Below, piece by piece: positions 1 through 13,340 of a DNA stretch of 64,000 nucleotides. This DNA comes from Antedon mediterranea (lineage: Eukaryota; Animalia; Echinodermata). How positions within the stretch are numbered: the first letter of the stretch is position 1; each line of letters opens with the position of its first letter. The position numbers were made by a program, and so were the translations under genes. The notes below the pieces were generated by a model. It had not been told where the DNA came from, did no database searches, and saw only the letters and a list, made by a program, of their open reading frames with translations. Location: the NCBI RefSeq assembly GCF_964355755.1, contig NC_092672.1, positions 17,869,237 through 17,933,236 on the forward strand, in the 5' to 3' direction.

Positions 1-74
1 ATCGTCCAATCAAATGACAGGAATTTAATTAGGTGTTTTATAAAAACAATATTGTGTATAAATGCATGTGGCTG

Positions 75-215
75 GCAGGGCGTTTATTCAAGGAAATAAA
101 GGCCCCAGTGCATTTATTTCAAGGAAATAAAGGCCCTGGGGTGTTTATTCAAGGAAATAAAGGCCCTGGGGCGTTTATTTAAAGGGAGACGTTTATTCAA
201 AGCGGGGCGTTTATT
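75..215. repeat. Short tandem array of ~30-bp units, probably the subterminal region of a MITE
   Basis: GGCGTTTATTCAAGGAAATAAAGGCCC-like unit repeated 3-4 times, plus shorter CGTTTATT units. Confidence 0.6.
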
Positions 216-355
216 AACAAACATTTAATTGGTTATTAGTTTATTGACAGTCATCTTTGACTGCTATGTCATATGCCTACGTCTACTTGTATATCAACCA
301 GTAAGCAAACATCTAAATTCAGTTGCCTAGTACTCCCTTGTAGTACTGTACTTAC

Positions 356-483
356 CTGAATCAACAAAAGCTTTGACAGGATAACCATTGACTTTGCAAT
401 CAATGTACAGCATAACAACCTGGCCGAAGCTCTCGGGAGCATGCTCCATTGCAACTTCCATATTCGCGTCTATATTATGCTGT
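356..483 (-). CDS. DDI2: DDI1/DDI2 homolog, coding exon 4 (start of retroviral-like aspartic protease domain with catalytic D-S-G); gene continues beyond the left edge
   Basis: Acceptor CAAATAG|, 128 bp. Encodes [43 protein letters not shown]. Donor G|GTAAGT. This frame is not in the ORF track. Confidence 0.95.
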
Positions 484-734
484 CTATTTGAAAGAAACAA
501 TCATAATTTCAATTGCTTTAAATCAATTCTTTCACATTTCAAATTTTTTGAAGGAAAGGGCCTGCCACTCAATTTGAATTATGTATTGTATTTCACTCAT
601 TGATATTTAAAAATGTAATAAATAACCATGATCATCATCAAATAAAGATTAAAATGACATTAAAAGTAAAATAGCTTAAAATTGTACTTTTCACTTAAAT
701 TATATTAAATGAGATAGAAAATTGTCTTAAGTAC

Positions 735-861
735 TTAATAGTTTCTGCAATCTTTTCTTGAGCCGAAGGATCCATGGGATCTGCAGTTGCCATTCTGATA
801 TGCTCCCTATCTCTATCTGCTTGTTCTTTTCTTTGCCTCTCCAGCTCGTTTGTAAACTTCT
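735..861 (-). CDS. DDI2: DDI1/DDI2 homolog, coding exon 3 (helical domain)
   Basis: Acceptor AAACAG|, 127 bp. Encodes EKFTNELERQRKEQADRDREHIRMATADPMDPSAQEKIAETIK. Donor AA|GTACT. Confidence 0.9.
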
Positions 862-1111
862 CTGTTTTAGATATTAGATGAATAATTATTTTATTAGTTT
901 CCGCGCTAAACACATGCCTAAATAATGTTGCATTGTAAGGAATACCAAATGGCCTACAACAGACCACATATACATTGCCTTAGTGCTAACAAACCCTGCT
1001 AGAGATTCCACGGGCGGAAGTAGCCTATAATGCAGTGCAGTGTGATTTTCTACTATACCTAATTTACCTCCGCCAAGGAGGTATATGTAATCGGTAGCGT
1101 GTGTTTGTTTG

Positions 1112-2669
1112 TTACTTGGCAAAAAAGAATTTTGCCAAGTATAGTATTCACTTTGTTTGTATGTATGTTTGTTTGTTTGTTAGCACGATAGCGCCTACAG
1201 TTTTGAAGTTATCATTCTGAATTTTTGGGTGTAGATAGGTATATACTTTCAGACCATGCCTATTGAAAATCAACAAAATTGGTTTATTAATAACTTCACA
1301 AATAACAAAAATGATATTATTTTCAGACCGGCTAGTGTTAAAAGATAGGAGACAATTATTAAAAGCCGGTGAGCAGTTTTAAAGTAACACGTAAACTGAA
1401 ATTACATTTTCTCGAGAACTACTTGTCCAAAAAACATCATTTTTGGACAAGAGGCAAGGGTTATAATTTGTGATTTGTAATTTTAAAACAAAAGTTGATT
1501 CAATGTACCGGCTTTTTCATACGAGTAGTTTTAAAAAACCTATTTCTTTTCAAATTCACCCGTTTGTTTTTGGCGTTGCTGTTCTATTGTTATTCAAATT
1601 AAACTATTGTTAGTTGTACTTAGTTTTTGCCTAATATGTTATTATGGTAATTCACGTTTTAAAGATAGACTTTTACTTAATAAAATAGTTAAACAAGGCA
1701 GTAGAATAGTAGGCTCTGAACAAATTCAACCTGAAGTTTTATATAAGGAATTAGTAATTAAACAATTGAAAATTATTTTAAAAGACCACGCTCATCCTCT
1801 GCACTATAAATTTAACAAAAGTCAACGTTGTGACAGACTCCTTCAAAGAAAAATTAAAACAAATAGATATGGCAATTCATTCGTCCCTGCCGCTATACGA
1901 TTATATAATGAATGATAATATCATTCATTATATAATCGTATAATCTAATATCATTCATTATATAATCGTATAATCGTATTTTATGCGCTAGTTTTATTTT
2001 TTGTAGTATTTTAAATCGACTTTTTAGGATTTTATATGTATATTTTGTATGGCTTTTTTTTTATCGTATTTTATATTTTATGTACTGTATCCATTTTATA
2101 TTTGTATGTACTGTATTTTGAAAAGGCCAACAGAGTTTCCCCATGGGGATAATAAAGTTTTAATTGAATTGAATTGATAATTAGTTTTGTTGGTACCAGT
2201 GTGTGTCCTTCCTTATTTCTGTACATAGGTATACACTTACAGAACATGCCTATTGATTTTCAGGTAAATTGATATATTGTTTGTCACAAAAGCTTATCTT
2301 CCGTACGATATATTAAATAGCACGCATTCTGTCTTCTTTAACATGGACATATTCTTTGATATGGATCAAAACATTAGTCGACTGGTCAAGCGGTTTAGCT
2401 TACCACATGTAAGAGGCGCCGCAAATCGGCACAGCTTCAAGACACTCCTCGATCGTTATTCTGGTCAAGCTTGATTTTAGAAAGGTCATTGTTGCAATGC
2501 CGGAATTGTTTGTATCAAAACATTATTTAATCAAATTATTAACCCCAGCAGGATTTTAACAATGTAAAGCTAATACCTAAAGCAAAAAAATGTATCTTTC
2601 AACATGCTCCCAATCAGTGGATATATTTTGCCAAGTACTTCACTCAGTTTCTGAGTGCTTTCATTTGTT
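1112..2669 (+). mobile_element. HINE-like element (family D) nested in the microsatellite of family C
   Basis: 5' hairpin TACTTGGCAAAA..TTTTGCCAAGTA, 3' copy TTTTGCCAAGTA at ~2626, hairpin CACTCAG-TTT-CTGAGTG. The host (TTTG)n resumes after it. Confidence 0.65.
1617..2177 (+). mobile_element. 5'-truncated LINE 3' end (Rex1/Babar-like)
   Basis: The ORF 1607-1915 C-terminus (ILKDHAHPLH...SFVPAAIRLYN) resembles the end of the 50241-53168 ORF (IINDQSHPLF...SFLPCAIRQYN). AATAAA followed by an (AATTG)n tail. Confidence 0.8.
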
Positions 2670-3879
2670 TGTTTGTTAGCAGGATTACTCAAAAAGTAAT
2701 TACAAGATCTTTACCAAAATGAATAGACAGATCGATATGTGGTCAAGGACCATTCCATTAAATTTTGGGACCAATTGGGACCACAGTCCCAATTCTGGAC
2801 CACTTTTTAGTATACTTTTTCAGACCTGCTAGTGTTAAAAGATAGGACAGAATTTTTCAAAAGCCGGCGAGCAGTCTTAAAGTAACAAGTAAACTGAAAT
2901 TGCATTTTCTCGAGAACTACTTGTCCAAAAAACTTTATTTTTTAACAAGAGGCAAGAGTTATAATTTGTGATTTGTAATTTTAAAACATAATTTGATTTT
3001 AATGTGCACGTTTTTTGATGCGAGTTCTATTGTTAGTCAACTGAAGCTATTGTTAATTGAAAGGCTTGTTACATAACCATTACACCAAACTCGCATACAC
3101 ATGCTTGTAATGAAATTAGCCTAAATCACAAACAGCATTAAGACACACACAAATATATATATATTTTTTAACCGGAGAAATCTTATGTAGGAGAATTTTA
3201 CAGTAGGCGGAGGTATGCACTCTCGGAGTGGCTTTCTAGTTGTATACTGTTTTAAATTTAAATATAAAAAGTAGAATAAAAAGTTTTTCCAATACTGCAT
3301 AATGCAGCTTTCTAATTCGCTAATAGTTTGTTTGTTTGTGAGCATCACTTGGGTTAATCATGGAGGATATATACAGATTTCCTCCATGGGTTAATGCAGA
3401 CACTGTACCAGATAAAGATTCGGATCCACTGCACAATACGGATGGACAAAAGAAAATGAGCATAATGTCTGACTGGTTTCCTGAATAGGCATCCTTTTTG
3501 AAGATGTTTCTGGGACTGAAAACAATGAAGATGATACAAGTTCTGGGCCAGAGTGGAGCAATGACAATAAACCTAAAAATATACTGTTTTTATATCTAAT
3601 CATTTAAATTTACAGAATAATCGATATTTCTCTCATATACCGATTTTATGCTTGCTATCATTTATTTAATATAAATATTTCTATGTACATGTGTACATAT
3701 TTCAATGATTACGATTATCCATAGTTTTTACTTTAACATGTATAAATAGTAATACAGTCAACTCTCTTAACACCTTTGGGCTGACCTAATATGTAATATG
3801 TTTTCTGGAAATTCTGGTATTCAGAATGTGTTTAAATTGAAAAAAAAATGAATTTGAGACATTTTATACAGTACTTCAA

Positions 3880-4600
3880 TAATTTAAATTGAAACTTGGC
3901 AAAATTGAAATTTATATGCGTGCGCACGCAGCGTTAAAAACATATTTTTTCCGTGTGATTTATGTTTTTCCAGCCTCTTCTAGTAATTTTACCAACTTTT
4001 AAACAATTTCGGCTTAAAATTATGTCATACGAGCACATCGAATTGGAAAATTTGCGCGCGTTTTTGATGAAAAAGTTCAAAAATTCGTCAAAATTTTGCC
4101 TTTTTTAAATAGTCGTACTGTAGATTTTAAACTATGTGGTGAACTTTTTTTAAATTACATATTCTGGAAGTTGATAAGAACATGAATCAAAATGGCTAAC
4201 CGGACATTGTGACGTCATCGTATGTCCACTCGAATATAAAATATAGGATTTTTGTCTTTTTCGTCATAGCTCATCACATTTAATAGGGCGCATCTCATAT
4301 TCGTATTTCATTTCCCCCCTATTTTTTATATTGTCTAGGTCAATCAATTATCTTTCGCATGAATTACAATTTTTAAAATTGTGATGACGTCATCATGTTC
4401 AAAAACGTGAATAACGTGGGTAACTTACTTTCATCATTATAGTAAATTTCAATATAAAAAGTGATATTCATGATTAAAACATTCCCTGAAAGCTGTTAAA
4501 TTGTAGATACGAATTCATGTAAAAATTGTGCACATCGGATGTTGTGACGTCATCATATGGCCACTTGAATTATAAAAGTTGTATTTTCATTTTTTTTTTT
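3880..4600 (+). repeat. Decayed fragment of HINE-like family A/B
   Basis: Shares blocks (CGTGTGATTTATGTTTTTCCAGCC, ATGGCTAACCGGACATTGTGACGTCATC) with 55212-56825. Confidence 0.7.
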
Positions 4601-7600
4601 CAGTAATTTGGCTTTGGATTTAAAATAATTATTAATATACTCTTTTAATAAGCATTGGGCTACATATAGATTTTATATACAGTATATGTAGACCTATAAA
4701 TAGTTCAATATACTGTACCTAAACAAAACTATTATTTCTGTAAAATTACAGAGTTTTTATTTTTTCATTTATTTGATGAGTTGCAAATAGATTAATGCAC
4801 CAATATACTTTCAGTTAAAGTTACACTTTATTCAATTAAACATTGTTTTTGTTTTTTTTTATATTGTTGGTTCAGGTGTAATTAAAACATTAAAATAAAT
4901 TGCAACCGACCGAAAATACTAGGCCCTACTCAGCCTACGCCTCGGTCAAAATAATGATGAAAATTCCTTCTCAGCGATCGAGAACAAGGCACCGAAGGAT
5001 TTATTGCTAAAATATTGTTTGAATAAAGAAGCTTACAACATTTCTTAGATAAATTTTGATGAAATGTATAGTGTACCTTGCTTGACAAATTCTTTGTCCA
5101 TTATATCATATAATAATATAATCTATCGTAAAAAAAAAATCATTGCCATGCTCTCCAAAGATCCATCCGGTTGCGTTCATCTGTCTGTTCGTTGTTGTAG
5201 ACAAACAAACAATAATTTAAACATTATGATGATGTTCACTAAGGGCCTATTAAAAACGTGCCTCATACACTGTGTAGCCAAAACGTTCCCTAAATCCCTA
5301 AATTTACAATCGCGTATTCTATAATTTTACTCGATGCTATTCGATTGTTGTTTGACGTTCATCACGGAGGCAAAATAAATTAGGCAATTTGATATTCAAC
5401 AAATTACACAAGAAACTCAAATCGCGAAAATAAAAGGTCGCGAAATAGTTAAAAATGTAAAATCAGGAACCTTTTGGGCTTTACAGTACCTTATAATATT
5501 CAAATGAGGATGATAGAACTATGGCAGTACATAGTCTGTAATAGCTTATTTCAAAGAGAAGATCATGGTTGCTGGTGGTATCAACAATTTCTGGTAGGAT
5601 ACTTAGGAGGGGTATGTAAGGACCAAGGTAGTGTATATGTGGTCTGTAATAGGTCATTAGTGATTCCTTACAATGTGTTAAATCATATAATAATAATATT
5701 GGTTGCAATATCTAAGATAGCCTAGTTGAGGGGAAGTGTGGTCTCGTTTGTTGTTACCCATTTAGTATTGTATGAACTCAACTTGTTCATTTGGCATTAT
5801 GGTCATTGTGAGTGAGTGGTACAGGTATCTCACTCATCTATACTATCCTCATTTTTTAGGCCATCTATGGGTGGTGGGGGAGTGGGTCTATATGGCCTAT
5901 TGCAGTGGAAAAAATGTCTGTCGTTTGTGAATTTGGTATGAAGATGTCAATGGGCATCTCATGGTGGTGAAATTAGCTGGAATCTCTTTTCTATTTTTTT
6001 TAAGCACCCTTTCTGGTCCCCCAGTTATATATGCACTGAGGGTACCTGGTAGACTCCATTTTCTTTGACTTCAGGTAACCCCCTACACAATTACTTAGCT
6101 CATATAACCAAATGTCTCTTGGCTGCCTGTCTTACTATCATATGACGAAACAATTCTCATACAGCACAAACAAGCAAACTAGTATTTTTAAAGGGGGATT
6201 CTGGGTTTAAAATATCTTTTAAATATCGTTTATTTATTAATAACAAATATTATAACAATATAGACATGTCAGAATGAAAAAGTAATAACGAGAAATTTAA
6301 AAAATTAAATTTCATATACATTTTAGGGTAAATTCATGGAAAGTCTCTTTTTCAGCAGCTTAGGGAAGCTCATTAATATTCCAAACTCGCGACGTCATGT
6401 GTACGTTGTGTTTGTCAACTAATTTAAACATCTCTTTCCTCTGTCAAACGACGACCACCCAAGCATTGTGAAATACATTTTTTAAAGATTTTCTAAGCTA
6501 GGCCTAAAGTGTAATAACAGTAGCATATATTTATTTGACATTTAATGAAATACAAAATTTAGTACAGATCATTGAGTCGTAAATTATACTATTTCTATAC
6601 CCCTATAAGTACAGATCGTATTATCGGCTTCACGTACTAGGCCTAGCCTAAATCGGTTTTTTTATGGATGAGAGCCATTCTGACTAGGGATTCCATGCCA
6701 CGATGGCTACGTTAAAACATTGGGGCCCATGGGCCTAGCTAGCCTACTAGACGATTGACCCATAAATGACAAAACTTAGTGGATTCCAAACCTATCCTAT
6801 CAACCAATCTCCTATCTAAACCTAAAACGTTCTAAAATCGGCGGTAAATATTGAGGCAAAACAAGAAGGTCCGATTGGCGTCCGCACGTATGGTGTCCCG
6901 ACGATCGTCTAGCCTAGGCCTAAAATAGTTTACTCTCCAAAAAAGCAGATACTGCATCAAGCAAGTAAGAAGGAGTCCTAGTCTAGCCGATCTGGCCCAG
7001 TTAAAAATTGAGCTAGCTAGTGTAGTACTGTAGACCCTATGGGAATTGATACTACCAGGCCTTTTACTATAGGCTACACTTGTTAAAATTAGCAATACTT
7101 TATGTTTACAAATATTCCAACTCTCTCATTCGAGCTAAGATATTATCTATACCATTCCGGTAGGTCGAGTCGACCTTCAATCAAATACTGTACATCGTTC
7201 ATGTTATGATTATAGACGAGGTATACTCGACCCGACCAGTTTGGTATTGTATATTGTATCTGTATCACGTGATGATGCCAGGCATGGGCAGAGACCAAGC
7301 GTGTCGTCGTCTTGCTCAGCAGGAATGTATATGTTACACTTTATTGATTTTGAAGGCTTTTCCCTAAAAGTCAGTGCGAAAATCGGCAAACGTAAAGTAA
7401 AACTTATCTAATTTTTTACTGTTTTAAATGATGAATTTTCATAAAATATTGACTTGATAAATGGGAAGAATGACTAAATATACACCAGATAAGCATAATT
7501 TTACAAAAGTAATTGATATGGTTTTAAATGATGAGTCGTCGCATTTCATGAATTTCCTATTCTGTAACACAGTGTCATATCGCCGTAGCTGCACTTGCAA

Positions 7601-8018
7601 TTTTGGCTTCACGTCACAGCCTTCATTCTGCTTCACCGCTCGCTTATAATGAGTGAAACTTTTACCGTTTAAGAGAAAAAAAATTATATTTTATATTTTT
7701 GACTAATTATTTTAAAATTGCACTTGATAAATCAATTTTTTTACAAAGTTTTCTTCAAATGCTATTACAGGTATCTTTTAGGTCCAGTTATTGTCTGTTT
7801 GATAATATATAAACAAAACATCAACAAAATTGCAGTTCACTGCTGTTGAATTTCTCAATGCTGTAATGCATGTGTGAATATGGTTAGTATTGTAAGTACC
7901 TAATTACACGTCAAGTTACACATTTCTTACACCTGTGTAAAACGTGTGGGCTTGGTATATGACATATAGTCAGTACTGCATAATCCAACTACCAAATATA
8001 GAAAGTTACATTCAATAC

Positions 8019-8246
8019 CTAGACTACCACTTGTAAGGGCATCTGCTAACCGTGGGTTTCGTTGTTTTAACAAGGCTGCTTGGTCAGGGTTGGCTAGCAA
8101 AGAATCCCGTAATAATGCTGGATTTGGACTTGTAACTCTAGGCTGCATTGTCCTTGGTTGCTGTGACCATGTCTGGTTTGATGATCCTGGGACTGATATT
8201 CGGCTAAAATCTATTCCCAAGCCTGATGTTGTTGGAGACATTGCAG
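8019..8246 (-). CDS. DDI2: DDI1/DDI2 homolog, coding exon 2 (IDFS linker + start of helical domain)
   Basis: Acceptor TTTGATAG|, 228 bp, phase 1 to phase 1. Encodes GIDFSRISVPG...LLANPDQAALLKQRNPRLADALTSG. Donor G|GTATT. Confidence 0.9.
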
Positions 8247-8529
8247 CTATCAAATAAAATGATATCATAAAAGATTGTGAAAAGTGAATATTAACGTTTT
8301 CCTATAACATAATCAAATAAAAATCATAAAAAATTTTAATTTAATTATACAGTATCTCCATAAAATGGTAAGCCTACAGTTTTTTGGGGGGTTTTTTTTG
8401 CCTTTCCTCGCCCACTATTTTTTTGTCATAAGATTGACTTGTAGCTGTAGATGTGCAAGAAACTTTGTTTTATGACTTTACGCGCAATTTATTGGATTTC
8501 GCGTATTTAAACATAGATTGAAACCCATA

Positions 8530-9021
8530 CCGTAAAACCTCGAAAAGAAGCCCATGGGCTTCTTCTTTTTTTAGTGCTCTTGGGTGGGCTTCTTTTCGAG
8601 ATGGGCTTCTTTTCGAGATGGGCTTCTTTTCGAGAGTACTTTTGAAAACTGTAGAGGGGGGCTTCTTTTCGAAATGAATGCTGTAAATTTTGTGAATTTC
8701 TACTACAATAATGTGACTTTTGAAACATTTTTTCAACCATGAAATTATGTTTAATATACCAATTAAAAAACAATATAAAAAGCAAAAAAACAGTCCTATG
8801 ATTCACCGTCAAATACAATAATTTCGTCATCATCTCAATACAGTATGAGTAGTCTATCTCGAAATGAAGCCCATACTATCTTGAAAAGAAGCCCAGGGGG
8901 CTTCATTTCGAGATGGGCTTCTTTTCGAGGGTACTTTTGCAAACTGTAGAGAGGGGCTTCTTTTCGAGATGGGCTTCATTTCGAGGTTTAAGCCCATGGG
9001 CTTCTTTTCGAGGTTTTACGG
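8530..9021. mobile_element. pogo/Tc1-mariner-type MITE
   Basis: TIR core CCGTAAAACCTCGAAAAGAAGCCCATGGGCTT at both ends, TA flanks, internal GGGCTTCTTTTCGAGAT repeats. An older relative lies at ~9205-9470. Confidence 0.85.
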
Positions 9022-11015
9022 TATAACAATTCAAATTGAAACTTAGCAAAAGTGTAATTTATATCATGCGCTAACTGTCTGTGGAAAAAAAATGGCATGT
9101 TTCACAGAAAGTTACATGCGCACGCGAGTTTAAAAATATAAGATGCGAAAAATCAATTTCTCATCAACTTTCTACGTGTTTCATGTAATTTTAAGCATGT
9201 CAAAAATGGGCTTCTTTTCCAAATGAATGCCTTTAGCCTTCTTTTAAATATAATATAGGCTTCTTTTCGAGATAATAATAAAATGGGAATATCAAAGGAA
9301 CAAAAGTAAAAAATAATTTCGATTTGAACAAAAAATGTTTAAAAAATGATATTTTGTGGCTGCAATTCAAAAATCTACAGGCTTCATTTTGAGAAAAGAA
9401 GCCCATCATGAAGCAGACCCAGTCTTTAAAAAAAAAGATGTCAATGGGCTTCGTTTCAATGTTTTACGGTAGACTGTCTAATCCATACCTTTATAAATTA
9501 CTATGAATACAATATATAACATTATTTTTAACGTCATTTTTTAAGTTTGGAAATAGAAAACCAGCTGAAAGAAATATCGATACATTAACTTTGAACAGGT
9601 AAGCGATGTGAAAACCTTTTGTACTACAGTCGTAAAGTTGACATTCACCCCCCGCCCCCCAATATAAAATCGGCGCCAACAGTTACAATTAAACAATAAA
9701 ACAATAAATGTGCAAAAAACTACCGTTTTAAAACTTAGCGAGTGGAATATCTACACATTACATGCGTAACTGCAAATGATGTACAAAACTGACATATGGA
9801 AAGTATGAAAATGAAAAAATGGTACATCAACTGTACGTAAGCGGAGCCAAAAACTACCGTTATCACATGAAATCACAAACAAGCAACGGTGTGTAATACT
9901 GGCCAATCGAAAGTAGGTGATTGAAATGCAACCACTTTAACTCAAGAAAATACGTTCGGTGCGAAAAATCGCTGGAAAGTCGATGCTTCAAATATCATTT
10001 TTTGAACTCACGAATGGGCGTATCGTGTGCAAAACAGTTGTTTCCACTGTTGAACAGGCGAACGGGGTATAAAACAGGCAATATTAGAATTAGAATGCGA
10101 TGAACTATAATTATTAAGATGCTTTGTTTAAAATGTTCACGAACTACATGAAATGTTGATAAATGAGCTGGCTAAATGTATACCTGTATTAACGTTAGAT
10201 CAATTCAATTATTGCTGCCTGGGCTTAACATTCTTTAGATGGTTTGTGTTATGAGTAGTTTGTTCGGCGTATTGTCGTTTGGGCTAGTGGATGGTCACAC
10301 ATTGTATTGGATGGTGTAGATACTAGGTGAATGGTTTAAGTTTGTTTTACGCAAAATGTTAACGTAGATCGTGAATTAGGCTTGAGGAAAAAACATGTTT
10401 TTAAAACTCTCTTTTTTCATAATTTTAATTAAATTTTGGGAGTTTAAATCAGGTAAACGTATTCTTAAATAGTGCATTATTTCGAAAATGCAAAAACATG
10501 TAATCTGCCAGGGTAGGCGAGACGTATTTTGACTGATTACGTGAATTTTGAAATGACGACAAAGAGAGGGTTTTGCCAGATCGGGTCACATATACTGTAG
10601 ATATACTTTCTACTACTAGCCTAGGCCTACTAGGCTACTATAATTTTTTTCTTCATTTTTTTTTTTTAAAGAAATTATTTAGGTCGGGCGAATTCTGGCA
10701 AGTATACCCTAGCTAGCCTAGGCCTACGTAAAAATTCATTTCAATCTATAACAGGGGCGGATCCAGGATTATTTTTGCGGGGGGGCACATGCGATCGTAG
10801 AGAGCAAAAAAAAATGCATTTTATGGTGTTCGAGATCACTAACGCACTCTGATTCGATCATCTGTAAAGGGTCTTGCACACCTCACCTATTCACAGTTCC
10901 GAACTTCAGGGTGGCGAAAGTATTTTTCCCAAAGACTTTCTCTGAAAATCCGAGTGAGGGCGTCCTATTTCGTCCCATTTTAGGGGAGCATTATTATGAA
11001 TATGCATTTCTGCGC

Positions 11016-11789
11016 AGTAATCTTTTCTTCCTCGGTCACATTTGCCTCATTTTAATATATGTCACGCTAGGCTGAACAACACTCTCATGAATAATAAACA
11101 GTTGATTACGTCATACTATACAACTGGGATTTTACCTCTTGAATATTCAATAACAATTTTAAAGACCATGATGTCATTTAAATTCCATCTAAACTAATAA
11201 CTCATCCCAAATTTATGTGATGAGGTCATAATTAAGGCACCTTAAGGGTACCTTTTCTCTTTATTTAGTTATAGTTATAGCTTACCTAGAAAACATGACA
11301 CTGTGTTTGATTTCAGTAGTTGTTTAATTTCCCCGAGTAGCTATTTAAAAAACAATTATTTTTTATCTGACACATCTTTTTAGACTGTAATAAAATTGTA
11401 TTGAAGAAATACAGGTGTATTAGGTATAGGCCTAATCTGACTGAAAGTTCAATTTGATTTGGTGAATAAATATCTCACTATACCCTATTTAATAGTGTTA
11501 CCTTTGTCAGCAGCCCAAAATCAAATTTTGATGAATATGTGTTCATGTCACTTAATTTGGTAATTGCACTTGAATTGAAAATGAAAAATCCAGTTTAATA
11601 ATAATAAGCATTACATAGTATTTGATACAATAAATAATATAGTGCAAGTAAAATTTATGAATATTCAAGAGGTAAAATTTCCAGTATAGTATGACGTAAT
11701 CAACTGTTTATTATTCATGAGAGTGTTGTTCAGCCTAGCGTGACATATATTAAAATGAGGCAAATGTGACCGAGGAAGAAAAGATTACC
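11016..11789. mobile_element. Non-autonomous TIR element with 9-bp TSD (Merlin- or MULE-like)
   Basis: ~135-bp near-perfect TIRs starting (G/A)GTAATCTTTTCTTCC. TSD TTTCTGCGC at 11007-11015 and 11790-11798. Confidence 0.85.
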
Positions 11790-12177
11790 TTTCTGCGCTC
11801 GCCTTCTGAATGAACATTTTAGTACGCTGCGCTTTCCGAATGAATTGCCGATTCTTACAAATAGGGAGGACATCGCTTTGTTGTAACTACGTATTGGTCC
11901 CTGGATGTAGCATGACTCAGATATCGACGGCGGCGTAAGCTGGGCCAACTTTTAAATATAGAACTTTAATAGAATAGAACTTTAATTAATTCGTACAAAG
12001 GGACACCGCCAGGGTAGTGCGTAACTACACGCTTTGGCCCTTGTAACTTGATACAGTCTAGATATCGATGCTTGGACCGCAATGAAAATAAGTTCTGATC
12101 GTTCACCTTTGTTCCCGGCCTCAAATCCCTCCCGCTCATTGCGCACGCTCCTATTCCTCTACTACTAGGCCTAGTAC

Positions 12178-13340
12178 TAGGGTTACCGAGAGTTGACTCC
12201 ATTGTTATTGCCACGATTCAACTCCGCGTACGTTACCATGCGCGCTATGTCATTGACGCGATTATTTGTCCATTGGTAAACACATTTTTATGTAATATTA
12301 TTCTGAAAATAATTGAACTGTAAACATAATTCTTTTGAGTATTTATTTATTTACATATCATTCCATAAGATCAACTATTTTTTATCGTCATTACATTCAA
12401 CCAAACATGTAAAAAATGTGGTTAAAATATCGTCCTGTCTAGCGCGTACGACCATACGCGGTAGATTGTTTACTCAAAAACCTTCGAACGGTCCAGTGAC
12501 CTAACCCTATTCAACCTTGTTTTTGTAGTTGGGCCTCTCATGGCCTGGGATTTGTTTGTCTTCCTACGCCAAGATAATATAGTTCTACATGCCATGTGCT
12601 TTTTTCTCTGAGAAATATTTATTATAAGTGCCAAAAAAACGGTTTTTTCTCGATATGAAGCCTTTATTATTTAAATCTTTTAGAGAAAAATCACACATAC
12701 CATAAAGCAGGTCCATTTATTTCATTTTTTAAATAAAATTGTGAAAATTACGTGAGGCTCAACTACAAAACCACCATTTTGTGGTATGATGTCATCGTAA
12801 GCCAATCAAAGCTGAGATTTCCCGCGATCGGCAGAGCTCACGGTTGAATGATTTTGGATCCTGGCTATTTGATTGGTGGACGCGAATCACCCACAGCGGA
12901 ATGTTTTCTCTCGCGTGTACCGCGAAGTCACATGGTCTGTCTGTACGGATGTTACTACACAAATTTAGAGCAATGAATTTGTACGAATTCCGTTAAATAA
13001 ACAACTTTATATATTTTGTAAACATTTAATAACATATTTTATTGATATTTCCAATGTTGATATATAAAATAAATTACTATAAAACGTAATTATTTGTAAT
13101 TATTTTAGCGAAAAACGGTGTGGTTCATACAATTGTCGACTGAGGGCGCAATTTGTTTACAACGTTCGTGGCCAAAAACGATCATTTTCGGAGATGTTTT
13201 AGACTTTATATTTCGAAAACTACAAGTCAGATTTTCGTAATTCTTTCTTTATTGGAATATTGAAACAAAATACTAACATACAGTATAATGTTTAAATTGG
13301 TTGAAAAATAACAACTTTTAATTTTGCATCGTTATCCCTA
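12178..13340 (+). mobile_element. hAT-like non-autonomous element with 7-bp TSD
   Basis: Ends TAGGGTTACCGA...TCGTTATCCCTA. CTAGTAC lies on both sides. An inverted partial copy is at 38686-39347. Confidence 0.8.

Larger units (their letters stand above)
1063..3241 (+). mobile_element. Helentron-type non-autonomous element (HINE/DINE-1-like, family C) with nested insertions
   Basis: 5' hairpin TACCTCC..GGAGGTA, (TTTG)n microsatellite, 3' subterminal inverted copy GGCGGAGGTA, small hairpin and CTAGTT end. Related pieces at 16809-17338 (+) and 42707-42795 (-). The superfamily is inferred from architecture only; Crypton-type is an alternative. Confidence 0.65.

Noticed and set aside
75-215. ~30-bp repeats as a CRISPR array
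   Set aside because: The units are contiguous with no unique spacers, there are no cas genes, and the context is eukaryotic.
356-483. Aspartic protease motif as part of a retrotransposon
   Set aside because: It is a spliced exon in frame with the UBL and helical exons, i.e. the cellular DDI gene.
5490-6130. Slightly GC-richer segment with short ORFs on both strands
   Set aside because: No motif I can recognise; probably a decayed element, but unsupported without a search.
6188-7780. Kolobok-like element starting TTAA|AGGGGGATTC
   Set aside because: No matching right TIR found; only weak internal inverted similarity.
8470-8833. KKP/EAH-repeat ORFs
   Set aside because: Translations of the MITE's internal repeats.
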